A stretch of DNA of 64,000 nucleotides, taken from Euglena gracilis. Taxonomy: Eukaryota. Of the stretch, positions 19,601 to 29,767 are shown one piece after another. How positions within the stretch are numbered: the stretch's first letter is position 1; each line of letters starts with the position of its first letter. The notes beneath the pieces are model-generated. The model saw only the letters and a program-made list of their open reading frames with translations, was not told the DNA's origin and ran no database searches. A program made the translations under genes and the position numbers. The DNA is taken from the NCBI GenBank assembly GCA_039621445.1, contig CP154954.1, positions 28,923,837-28,987,836 on the forward strand, in the 5' to 3' direction.

Positions 19601-22600
19601 ACCAGACAGCCATTATTTTTCCGGGTCATTTTGCTTCCAAAATGAACACCTTGAAGAAAAAAAAACATCAAAAAATTAACATCAGTTGGTTGCAACAATT
19701 GACATTTGTCAAATTTTATCCATTATGTGTTATGAAAATCGCATTCACCTTCCCACGTCCACTTGAACACAATGGGAAATGGAGCAGAAAGGCCAAGTTC
19801 AAAAGGGGGAAGGTCAGAAACATCAACAACATTGGGGGTAAAAGGGGACCGCCAAAGGTTTCCAAATAAACAAGAGTCGAAAAATTGAAAAACGAATGGT
19901 TGTTTTGCAAGGCAGATGCCACGCCGATAGCAGAAAAGTGTCAGCCAGATGTTGAGAAAAGGGCAGACTGCCAGAGGTGTGCTGCATTCAAGACCTACTC
20001 CCTTTTCCAGCGAACACTTGGCTGACAAAAGCTGCGGTCCGAACAGGAGGGTGTCCATTGGACACAGCTGTTTGGCAAAGGCGAAATTCCACTCACAATA
20101 ACAAAAGTTTCTGTCCGAACAGGGGTGCTCGTTAGACATGGAGGGGGGACTGAATGTGAACTTATTCTGCAGGGCTGTGGTTTGAAGAAGCGGCCTGCGT
20201 CATACTGGTGGAAAGACCCCTGTACGGCGGCCAGGCTGTTCTCGTTCAATATGCGTAACGTGTGCATCCCAGTGTCGTGGCATGGCTCCCTTGGAACAAC
20301 AGCATTTTGGAGAGCGTACGTGAGGTTCAGAGTAGCGGAGTGGATGGAGGGTTGAGGGCGGAATCTCTTCAACATTCTTTACTGAACAGCTTAAGCACGA
20401 CGGCCCTGCCCATCGCAAAGAGGAGGGGGGGCTGTTTCTTCACACCCAACAACCTCCGACCCAAATCACAGGGCAGAGCACTCCCACGGCCATCGTGGTG
20501 CTTTTTGTCCACGGCCCATGTGGACAGAGGCAAGGCGAACCTTCGGCAGGGAAGGAACACCTAGGAACACCTATTCGTAGGAACACCTATTTGGATGAGA
20601 ATTTATCCAAAAAAAAAAGTTGATGAAAGCTTTGCAGGCGTCCAATGCCCTCCCAACGGAACGAAGTTGTTCATTTTTGTCGTACCTTTGGTCGCCTCAT
20701 CTTGTCCTCTTCTTGAAAGCGCATTTTTGAGTGTGAAAAAATAGGTGCTTTGTATTGTTGGGATGGAGAAGGAATGCCTGTGCCTGCCCCTTCCCATTCC
20801 GTACGCTTTAGCTTGCCTCTTGTCCAACGAATCCCACGCGGGAGAAAGCAATCGTGGTTCAACACACCGTGCGGCGAGCTGATCCTCAGCCAGCGACTAT
20901 TTTTTCAGTGCTTAAATATCAGCCCAGGGTTCGACTCTGGGCGGTTGCTGAGTGGGAAGGGCAGGAAGGGCAGGGAAGGGCCCACCTTGGGTTGGGGCAG
21001 CCCTTCGAAAGAATCAGCCAGCCACACCTTGCGCTGGGGGACCTGGCCGTACGCTCGGAACAGGGCCGTGGCCATCAGGCGGAGGGCAGGGCAGCCTCCA
21101 GTCTGCCCCGCAAACCCCCAAACCTTTTTTTGGGCGGGCTTGGAGCAAAGCCCTAAGTTTGACCCTAGTTCATAGGCAGGTTTGCAGGTGGGTGTGTGGA
21201 TAGACAGGAGGATGAATAGAAAGTGGGTAGATAGGTTTGGAAAATAGGTTTGAAATTGAGTATGTTGGTATTGATTGGTAATAAATTTTTACAGGTCATG
21301 GCAACCAATAAACTTTATTACTGTTAACATTATTACCAATCTAGTTGTTGTTGTTGTTGATGTTGTTATTGTTGTTGTTGTCGTCGTCGTCGTCGTCGTC
21401 GTCGTCGTTGTTGAATGGGAGTATGTGCCCATGGGGCGTGACACAAATACCACACGATAGATGAGGTTAGGCCAAAAGACAATTGACATATGCCTTGTTA
21501 GTGCGACATCCGTTTGGTGACTATGAAAATAATGGCATCGCTCCACGATATCTGGGGTGCCACTCAGCCTAACCCAAGGCAGGACTGACAGGTGAGCAGG
21601 AGAGACATGGCGACAGGAAACAAACCACACCAGGGGGATGGAGAGTCCAAACTGTCCATAATCCAAATGAAAGCCCATATTCCAAATAAATACAAATGAG
21701 AAACAATTGCTTTTGCAGTTGAAAACACCTGCCCAAGATGGGGTTAATTATTTGGGAAGCCAGCAGACCGTTTGGGTGGGGATTCCGCGTGACATTGGTT
21801 CCGTGAAACTGGTTACTGTCATAGGAAAAAATAACATCCGGAAAAAATAACATCTGGAAAAAATAACATCTGAATAAATAACATCCAGAGAGGCTTGTCA
21901 AAAGGCACTTAAAGGTTATCTAGTTCCAGCGCTTCAGTCACCCGGACTGCGCCATTGTTTAGGTGGAGGGAGTGCAAGGCATTGCAAAAAAACTGGAGCG
22001 CACACCAGACATTTACCTACACCCCCCCCCACGAGTCATTGCCAGTTTCCCCCCCCCCAGGACCCCCACAGGACAGGGTCCTGGGGGGGGGGGGGGACTG
22101 GCCATAAATGCCCCCCACACACCCCACACTTGACCAATGTGGGCTTAAGGCAGGTGGGAGGGTCGGACTCCCCCCCGGTCCAGGAGGGGGGGTCGGGCAT
22201 ATATTGCAATAACTGGGTGATCCCAACACAAACAAATAGCATCTGGTATGAGAGTATCCAGAGCATAACCCATGAAACGGTACATTCTTTACTTCAAAAA
22301 GGCAAGGATTGAATGCAAGCTTGATGGACAGCTTCGTCCTTTGGTAATGATTGTCACAGTCGTTCGTGTTCTTCATCCCACATCCTATCCACTTTATACA
22401 TCTTATCTATTTTCGACTTATTTCTGGAGCAAATGAAGAAAAAATACCATCTGACTAAATAACATCTAAAAGCGGCTTAGATGTTATTTTTTCCGGATGG
22501 TATTTTTTCCTATGACAGTATGGTGAAAACGTCTGGGCTTTGGTTGAGCAGCGTCGCGAAAATCAATGGAATGGAAAATAAATTTTGAGCATACTCAACA

Positions 22601-25191
22601 TTTGGAGAAGAAAGCAAAAATAGAAGGGGAAGAGGGTCAAAATTAGTCCACTTCCTGCAAGCAGCCAACCTAAAGTCGAAAATATGTGGGGGATTTCTGC
22701 CCCAACAATTGTCCAGGTCAGTTTGGCATGCACTCAAATTAGACGCCTCCCGCAGTATCATCAGAGAACATGTTTCCAGCAATGCAAAAACCAAAGAGTC
22801 CCAAACTCTACTCAACAGGTCTGTATCCCTATTCTTCTTGGTGCTGCTGAAGCTGCACGTAATAGGCTTTGGCAAGGCAACCCCACAGCACAAACCGCCT
22901 CGCCACACGCCTGTTTCGATGAAATCGCCCGGCACACCGCGGAAGATGGCGTCTTCAGTCTGAGACAGCCCTAGCAGCCCGGTGACCTTTTTGAGACACA
23001 TTTGCTTGCGAGAGCATGCCGAATCGCTGACAATCAGACCAAAAATATTGGCCAGCATAATCCTTTGCCCCATTCAGCACATTCCCCATTTTTCTTTCAA
23101 ACCCCCAGCAAGGGGGTCAGCCACCCTTCTTTGCTTGCCATTGTCAAAGGAACCGACTGGGGTTACTTTTGGTCATTGCATTTTGCTGGAAGACCCAGAG
23201 GGCTAATCGTGAAATCCATTGGGAGCTCAGCATGAGCTGATTTTTGAGCTTTTTGCAGTTTCAATTTCTTCAGACCTGGTTCAAACCCAGCTAACCAGCA
23301 GCCTTTTCCAGCCAGCCCAAATTTTCCAGCCTTTGAGCATGGTGTAAACGCGATGCCCTGGTCCTGTGCCATGTGGTCTAGGAAGAGGTCCAGCAGAAAA
23401 TTTCTTGTGTGAAGCTCCGCGAAAAAATAGTAAATGGTCAAGAATGAGACTGGTTCAGGGGAGGTTCCTTACCCCCCCCCACCTGTAATGGCTGAACTCC
23501 CACAGCCCCTGGCGGGGTGGCGATGAGTTACGCTGCTGGAAGCCAGCCACAGGATCTGGGGATTCTGAACGGTGGTGGAGTGTGGCAGGCAACCAGGACC
23601 GCCTCACATGAGCAGCGATTGCACGTTACGCAGGCGGCGGAAGCCACACCCTGAGCCACAATCATTCACACAGAAAGCAGGGGAAGGAAAGCCAGCAACG
23701 TCGAAAAAAAATTTTTCTCCGCCTTGTCCAAGACTGGACTAACAGCTGTCACTTGCCCAAATTAGAGTGGCCGAATTCCATAACTTTGCCCCTTGTCTAG
23801 AACGAAATCCCTTGAAAGATGTTCCACAAGGGGAGTTGGAAAGGTACCAGGGAGAAATGATGAAATGATCGGCAACATGATAATAATAAAAATGATGGAG
23901 AATCGGGTGGACCGCATCGTATTTGCTTCGCGTCACTTTCCGCAACTGTGAGGGGGGGGAAGCAGACAACTGATTGCTACCCCATTATTCCATCACCTAA
24001 GGGGGCTGTGATGGACCGCATATCCCCCTGCCGTATGGCTCCAATGTTTGCAGACGACATGAAAAAAGATCTCCTGTCTCCATCAACCCAGAAGTGGCTG
24101 GCCATTTCACTAGACACACTGGGCTAGCCTCCCCCCCCCCAGGGGGAGGGGCAGGGGTTCCCCGACAAGGAAAATATTCCTCTGGCTGCGTACCGAGGTG
24201 GAAATAGGAGTCTTAATGAGAGAGGTTTTTTTTTGCCAGATTTTGATCTATTCCTGAGATACCTGGGTTCAACCACAGAGGAGTGCTTCCTGAAAATGGG
24301 ATCGCGGGTTTCTGGTGGTTTTGGTGTCGAAATGCTTGCCATCAAAAGCGTGCCAGGAAACTTTGGTGTGAACTGTTTTGCTGAAAATTTGGTGCAAACT
24401 CATCCACAAATTGATCCAAAATTTGCGTTAGGCCAATTTCAATATCCCCCAAGACCCCAAGGGATATCACATTCACAGGAAGGAGTTTAAACTGTGGTTG
24501 GAAGAATAACACTTTCTGGCCATAGTCTACACTTTTGTAAATAATATACCACGTAAATAAACCCATTTATATGTCTTTTCTCCTCCAGGAAAACTTCGAG
24601 AAATTGGTGCTGACGAGCTGCTTCAAATTGAACTCTTGACTCCAAAGCTTGAGGAACTCAAGGGCCAGCATTCGCTCACCCACGACGCTGGGGATCAGGA
24701 TAACCGCTTTTTGGGGTCCAAAAAATGGGGGAACAAAGGGGGACTCAACCCAACACAGACGGGGGGGGGGGGGACACCAGGTCACCAATCAGTTTTAATG
24801 GTATTACTCATCAAGGGAGGAAAGTCAGAGGGAGTCCACGTGTCGCCTGCTGACGCTTTCAAAAGCCACGGGGAGTGAACATGCGACTCGAAGGGTGCTT
24901 GCATCGGGGCTGGAAACATTTGCAATGCCATACCCCAGAGCACACCAAAATGACGGCAATGGTAATGGCACGGGAGTTCACAGAGCACAACCCCCCCAGA
25001 AATGGACTCTGATCAAGGGTGATGTGGAGCTGGCAACCAGACAAATTGTGGCCCAGAACAGCCATAGACAAGACGTACGGCATGCTCTTCGGGGGCCACC
25101 AACCGCCATCCATCACGCCCTTGAAAGCCTGAACGTTGTAGCCCAGGACGGACTTCATCACCAGACGCAAAGCGGTGCGCAGGACAGTCAT
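16556..25191 (-). CDS. TylF/MycF-family (macrocin-type) SAM-dependent O-methyltransferase, at least 10 exons with nonconventional introns; N- and C-termini unresolved
   Basis: Exons ~25191-25060, 23645-~23610, ~22956-22890, 21080-20987, 20531-20496, 20277-20201, 19160-19089, 18712-18647, 18188-18136 and 16625-16556 join in frame: [157 protein letters not shown]. All TylF motifs appear in order. Confidence 0.9.
18136..18188 (-). CDS. TylF-like exon ([17 protein letters not shown])
   Basis: Signature LYP.LSPGG.VIVDDY motif. Confidence 0.93.
18647..18712 (-). CDS. TylF-like exon ([21 protein letters not shown])
   Basis: Metal-binding motif RLDGDLYES. Confidence 0.93.
19089..19160 (-). CDS. TylF-like exon ([23 protein letters not shown])
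   Basis: Matches the LL...V.F..G.F..TLP motif. Confidence 0.9.
20201..20277 (-). CDS. TylF-like exon ([25 protein letters not shown])
   Basis: Matches the SL..V..(N/S)F..YGL motif. Confidence 0.85.
20496..20531 (-). CDS. TylF-like 36-nt exon (PLSTWAVDKKH), tentative
   Basis: In frame, with imperfect stems on both flanking introns. Lies in a variable loop of the family. Confidence 0.55.
20987..21080 (-). CDS. TylF-like exon ([30 protein letters not shown])
   Basis: Signature R.[10 protein letters not shown] motif. Confidence 0.93.
21343..21412 (+). repeat. (GTT)n/(GTC)n microsatellite in an intron
   Basis: Direct reading of the sequence. Confidence 0.9.
21816..22518. mobile_element. TA-TSD MITE in a TylF-like gene intron
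   Basis: TIR CTGTCATAGGAAAAAATAACATCCGG / CCGGATGGTATTTTTTCCTATGACAG flanked by TA, with subterminal AAATAACATC repeats. Confidence 0.85.
22890..22956 (-). CDS. TylF-like exon ([22 protein letters not shown])
   Basis: Signature SAM-binding motif [14 protein letters not shown]. Confidence 0.93.
23610..23645 (-). CDS. TylF-like exon ([12 protein letters not shown])
   Basis: Matches the G..RL.N motif. The 3' boundary is ambiguous by a few nt (23605-23611). Confidence 0.8.
25060..25191 (-). CDS. TylF-like exon ([31 protein letters not shown]); 5' boundary uncertain
   Basis: Resembles the TylF N-terminal LLK.SL / WP..TM segment. The 3' junction is supported by a 12-bp intron stem. Confidence 0.75.
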
Positions 25192-26049
25192 AATTCTCCA
25201 TTTTTCGGCCCAAATAGCTTTGAAGAAGGATGATTCTAAATCCCAAAAAAAGAAGAAAAACAAACACAGGAATTCCCTCCTCGTCTTTATTATGGAAATA
25301 ATTCTGGAGGGAATGGATCTCCCCTGCTCCTTTTTGGTGGCTTCTGTTTGTGTTTACCATCATTTTCATTTTTATTTTTCGAAAATTTGTGCCTTTTGCC
25401 TTTCTTTGGGGGAAAATGAGAATCAAGTTCAAACCAAAATTTCCAAAGGTGGTATGTTTTATTGCTGTCGTGCAACAAACACGGCAGGTTGTTGAATTCC
25501 CCATGGCAGAGTGACCACGATCATTTTAAGCGTGCTGCATTTCCCCACATTCTTTTTTCTGCAAGACGTAATTTGGATCGCGATGTGGTTTGTGCTTTCT
25601 CTGTGAGGCTTAAAAAAGGCTTGTAGGTTGGTGAGGGAGGAGAGGAGAGGAGAGGTTTTCTTGGTAAAAGAGGGGTCGCTGAGCTCTTATCTCTTTAGAG
25701 TAAGAGCGAAGCTTACCACCAGGGAAAAGTGGGGGGTCGGACCCGCCCCCCCCCTCCCCCGGCCCCCCCCCCCTCTGGGTAGACTGTGAAAACCGCGGAT
25801 TATCACCATGACCCCGGCCCGGTTCCCGGAATTTTTTTTTCAGATGCGAGCGACTGGATTTCTAGTTTCCGAATCACCTGGGTTTGACCCCCAACTCCCC
25901 GCCAGGCCCGAGTTATTCACGCGCGAAGGGGTCCAAACTGGGTAGGATTTACCCGCCCCCCCCCCTGGATAAGCCCCCCCCCCCTTTGGACTCTGCCATT
26001 TCGGCCAAAAACTGTCAATTTTCAAAATATCTCCAAAATGAAGCCAAGT

Positions 26050-26900
26050 CAAAGGAAATGTCCGGAGACCTAATTTGAAGCCCTTGGAACGCCCCATCCA
26101 CCGGTATTTTGATTTCCCCGCAAGTCCCCGCCTAGCCCGAGATACGGCCGTTTTCGACCCAGATGGCCGTTTTGTACACTTTTCCCACTGTCCGACTTAG
26201 CCGTTTTCGGGGGGTGGGGGGGTCAAAAAATCGATGTTTTCAAAATTTCTCTGAAATGATGCAAAATAAAAGGAAAGGTACACAGACCTAAATTGAAGCC
26301 CTTGGAACGCTCTATCTACTGGGATTTTGGTTTCCCCGCAGCTCACCGCCTAGCCCGAGATACGGGCGTTTTTTGGCCAATTTAGGCCATTTTAGGCAAT
26401 TTTGTATACTTTTTCCACTGTTCGACTTAGCCGTTTTCGGTCAAAAAAAAATCGAAAAAATTTTTTTGCCCGAAACGATGTTTTTTTGGCCTCCCGGACC
26501 CGGAAAAACTGTTTTTGAGCCGAAAACGAGCGTTTTTCGCCCCGCCGGCGCCCTGTTTTGGGCCGCCGACCCATTGACTTTGGGTCAAACCCGGGTCAAA
26601 AAAGTCGAAAAAAAATCGAAAAAAAATTTTTGCTCGAAACGATGTTTTTTGGCCTCCCGGACTCGGAAAACCTGATTTTGAGCCGAAAATGAACGTTTTT
26701 CGACCCGCCAGCCCCCCGTTGCGGGCACAAAACCCTTGCATTTCAGTCAAAAGAGCTTCATAGAATGGCCCGGTGTATATGGGGGGGTCAATGAAGGGGT
26801 GGGTGCGCGCTTATCAAGAGCTCAGCACTATTCAAAACCTGGTCAATGAAGGGGTGGGTGCGCGCTTATCAAGAGCCCGGCACTATTCAAAACCTGGTTA
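26050..26900 (+). repeat. Complex tandem duplications (~235 bp, ~170-180 bp and ~56 bp units)
   Basis: GAAGCCCTTGGAACGC..CCGCCTAGCCCGAGATACGG occurs twice, CGAAACGATGTTTTTTGGCCTCCCGGAC twice, and GGTCAATGAAGGGG..GGGTGCGCGCTTATCAAGAG twice. Confidence 0.85.
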
Positions 26901-27581
26901 CAGAATATTCTGTGAGGTTCAAATGCACAAAGAATTCACCCCCATTCCGGCAGACATCGGGGGCTAAGAATCCAGACAACAGAAGCCTATATTTAGGCAT
27001 AGAATTTTCATTGCAGCAAAATGATTTAGACCTTCACAAGTGGGCACAGCTCCGGCTTCATCGACATAAAGTGACATATCTGGGGTCAATACGAAACCAT
27101 TCTGCAAAGCACAAGCCTCCTTGGAGTGTCTTACACTGTTTTGAAGAGGGTTTGCAAAAGATATGTGGGGAAGGGGTCGGACCCTCCCTCCGTCCTCAAA
27201 CGGATGAGGACACAGAAAATTCTTCAGTTTGGGAGCCATCCAAAGGGACCCGAAATTTGTTAGAAGAACCCTGAATCTTATTCAAAAAAAAATCCAAAAA
27301 AACTGCCATATTGCACACTCCTTGGACATTTTCAGAGAGGGAATACATCATGCAACGTCATGCAAGGAAATAAATTTTTGTCTGATTGAAAATACACCGC
27401 CATTGAGCCAATATTTCACTTTTTTCATTGAAATTTCATGACCAATGAATCATAAGCCATCCAAAAGTATCGAAAACAATACAAAAAAAAACAACAACAA
27501 GATTTTTGACGCAAAATTTTGTTTAAAGCAATACTGGAAAAACTACAAAAAAATACATTAAAAAAGGTACAATTTTATTCA

Positions 27582-28880
27582 GCAGGGGGGGGCAAAAACT
27601 GCACATGGGCAGGTCAAAAACTGCACTGCAAAAAACTGCAAAAAACTGCAAAAAACTGCAAAAAACTGCAAAAAACTGCACGTCAACAAAAAATAACAAT
27701 AAACAAGCTGAAATGGTGTGCATATGCAAAACAACGTAAATTGTAATCACATGAGAACGCCCCAATTCACCTAACTTTTGCCCAGCTTTGGAGCTGATGA
27801 CAATAAAAATGAAAGCAATCAATCAAAATACACTGTACATGGGTTTTCATGCACTGAAACACAAGTTATGTGTTTGGTTTGGATGCTGGTTCACACTGGT
27901 TTTCCTGCACCAAAGCTTGTGACGGCCATGCCCACGGAGGTGCCAAACAGCTAAATATGGAAAAAATTCACATACCCATATGCAGAAAGTTTCTATGCTT
28001 TTAATTCTTGCATGGGATGTTCAGTTTTGGAACTTTCGGTCCATCACCTGGTGAACTTCACCCATGTCACGATGCAAAAAATCTACAAAACTAAAAAAAA
28101 ATTTACAACAACCATCACAAACTTTGAATACTGTCTTTAGGGGATTGCCAAATGGTCTGGGAATTTCTTGCAAATAAGAATGACTTCTTTGAAGCATTTG
28201 GCTTGTGTGATATTTGGCCACAATGCTTGGGACAAGGCCCAATCTTCTACAGGAGCTCGTACTCCTTTGCGTCTCCACGAATCTCGCAAACTCCAACTTC
28301 AACCAAAATTTGCACACAAAAAAACAGTTTTTGGATTTAGTCCCCGAATCCCAAAATAATTAGTTGAATCTGCTCAGGAGTGTGCAAATGACGACTGCCA
28401 AAATAAGCATCGTGACATCTGTCACCACATGCACAAGTTGGAGATGGAGCGATTTTGGTTGGGGAGAAATTGTGGCGTTGTCACCGAAACAATCTGTTTT
28501 TTGGAATGGTGGCTACAACAATTTCTGTTGTGTCGAGAGGCAAGGCAGTTGGCAAAACAGTTGGGGGCAATACAACTGGTGGGATTACTGTAGACAACAC
28601 AACTCATGAAGAGATTTTTTGAGAGAGACTTTTTCTTGAGAAACACCCTTCAAACAATATAATCCAGCGTAACAAGGCGCAGAGCACCAAAAAATGAGCA
28701 CCTCAGGTTTCCTCAAAACTGAAATCAAAAAAAAACTGCAAAAAACTGCACGTGTGCAGTTTTTTCAGAAAAAAAGCTGCAAAAAACTGCAAAAAACTGC
28801 AAAAAACTGCAAAAAACCCAAAATGTGAAAACTGCAAAAAACTGCAAAAACTGCACGGTGCATATTTTGCCCCTCCCTGC
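27582..28880. mobile_element. Non-autonomous TIR element with (AAAAAACTGC)n subterminal arrays
   Basis: TIR GCAGGGGGGGCAAAA / TTTTGCCCCTCCCTGC, with ATTCA on both flanks. 10-mer arrays at 27620-27680 and 28730-28855. Confidence 0.65.
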
Positions 28881-29258
28881 ATTCAGTTTATTCAATTTTA
28901 CACAAATTATGACAATTATTTTTATTTTCATTCCGCACTTTCTGTATTTTTGCTTTGAAAACAAAACTGTGAAGGAAAGAGTTCATGAAGTTTTATGGAT
29001 TTATGGCAGCCCCATGACACAAAATCCCAATGCCACCCAAGTGGAACTCAAAAACCCAGACAACAGCCCAACAAATGACCAAACGCAAAATTGTGGAACA
29101 AATCTGTAGGTTTTAGCAGCTCTGCATTTTTGTGAAAAAACACCTCTGGAAATGGGGTGTACCGCAAAAGTGGAGTCCTAACTTTTAGGTTGCCTCTGCG
29201 GAGGCTCAAGGTAACCAGCCTCCGCGGAGCCTCCACAGAGTAACCAGCCTCCAAGGAG

Positions 29259-29767
29259 CAGGGAATTTCTTAAGGAACCCCCGGGGGGGTCCAGCCTCCG
29301 GCTGGCAAAAAGGCTGCTGGCTGGAAATGAGCTGCTGGCTGGACCCCCCCCCCACGGGGGGGGGGGGGTGGGGGGGGGGGGGGGGGGTTCCGGGGCTGGA
29401 GGGGGCTGGGCTGGGCTGGGCTGGGTCAGTGAAAAACAATTTTTTTAAAACATTTTTTCCATTTTTCGACAATTTGATGGATGGAGCTAGATCAAGGCTG
29501 GGGGGCTGTGATGGAGGAAGCTGTGATGAGGGGGAAAAAATGCAGGGATAGGTGAGCTGGGCAGCCCAGTTGGCTGGCCAGCCTGCGGCCGGCTGGCCCG
29601 GCCTCCGGCCGGGCTGGACCCGACTTTATTTCAGTCGACCCCCGGGGAGGGGGGGAGGCTCCCAGCCTGAATTTGGGCTGCTGGCTGGATTTGAGCTGCT
29701 GGCTGGCTGGACCCCCCCTCGGGGGGGGGGGGGGGAAATGGAACCCCCCGGCTTAAAAAATTACCTG
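29259..29767. mobile_element. hAT-like MITE (family copy 1)
   Basis: TIR CAGGGAATTTCTTAAG / CTTAAAAAATTACCTG, TSD CCAAGGAG/CCGAGGAG. Near-identical to 36343-36822. Sits inside a GTAACCAGCCTCCGCGGAG repeat array. Confidence 0.85.

Noticed and set aside
22678-22683. 6-nt microexon ATTTTC ('IF') after GGLC in the TylF-like gene
   Set aside because: The direct join 22890/21080 already gives [11 protein letters not shown] with correct spacing and a 12-of-13 stem in the standard register.
28021-28646. Transposase remnant inside the 27582-28880 TIR element
   Set aside because: Coding-like composition, but no identifiable DDE or hAT motifs in any frame.
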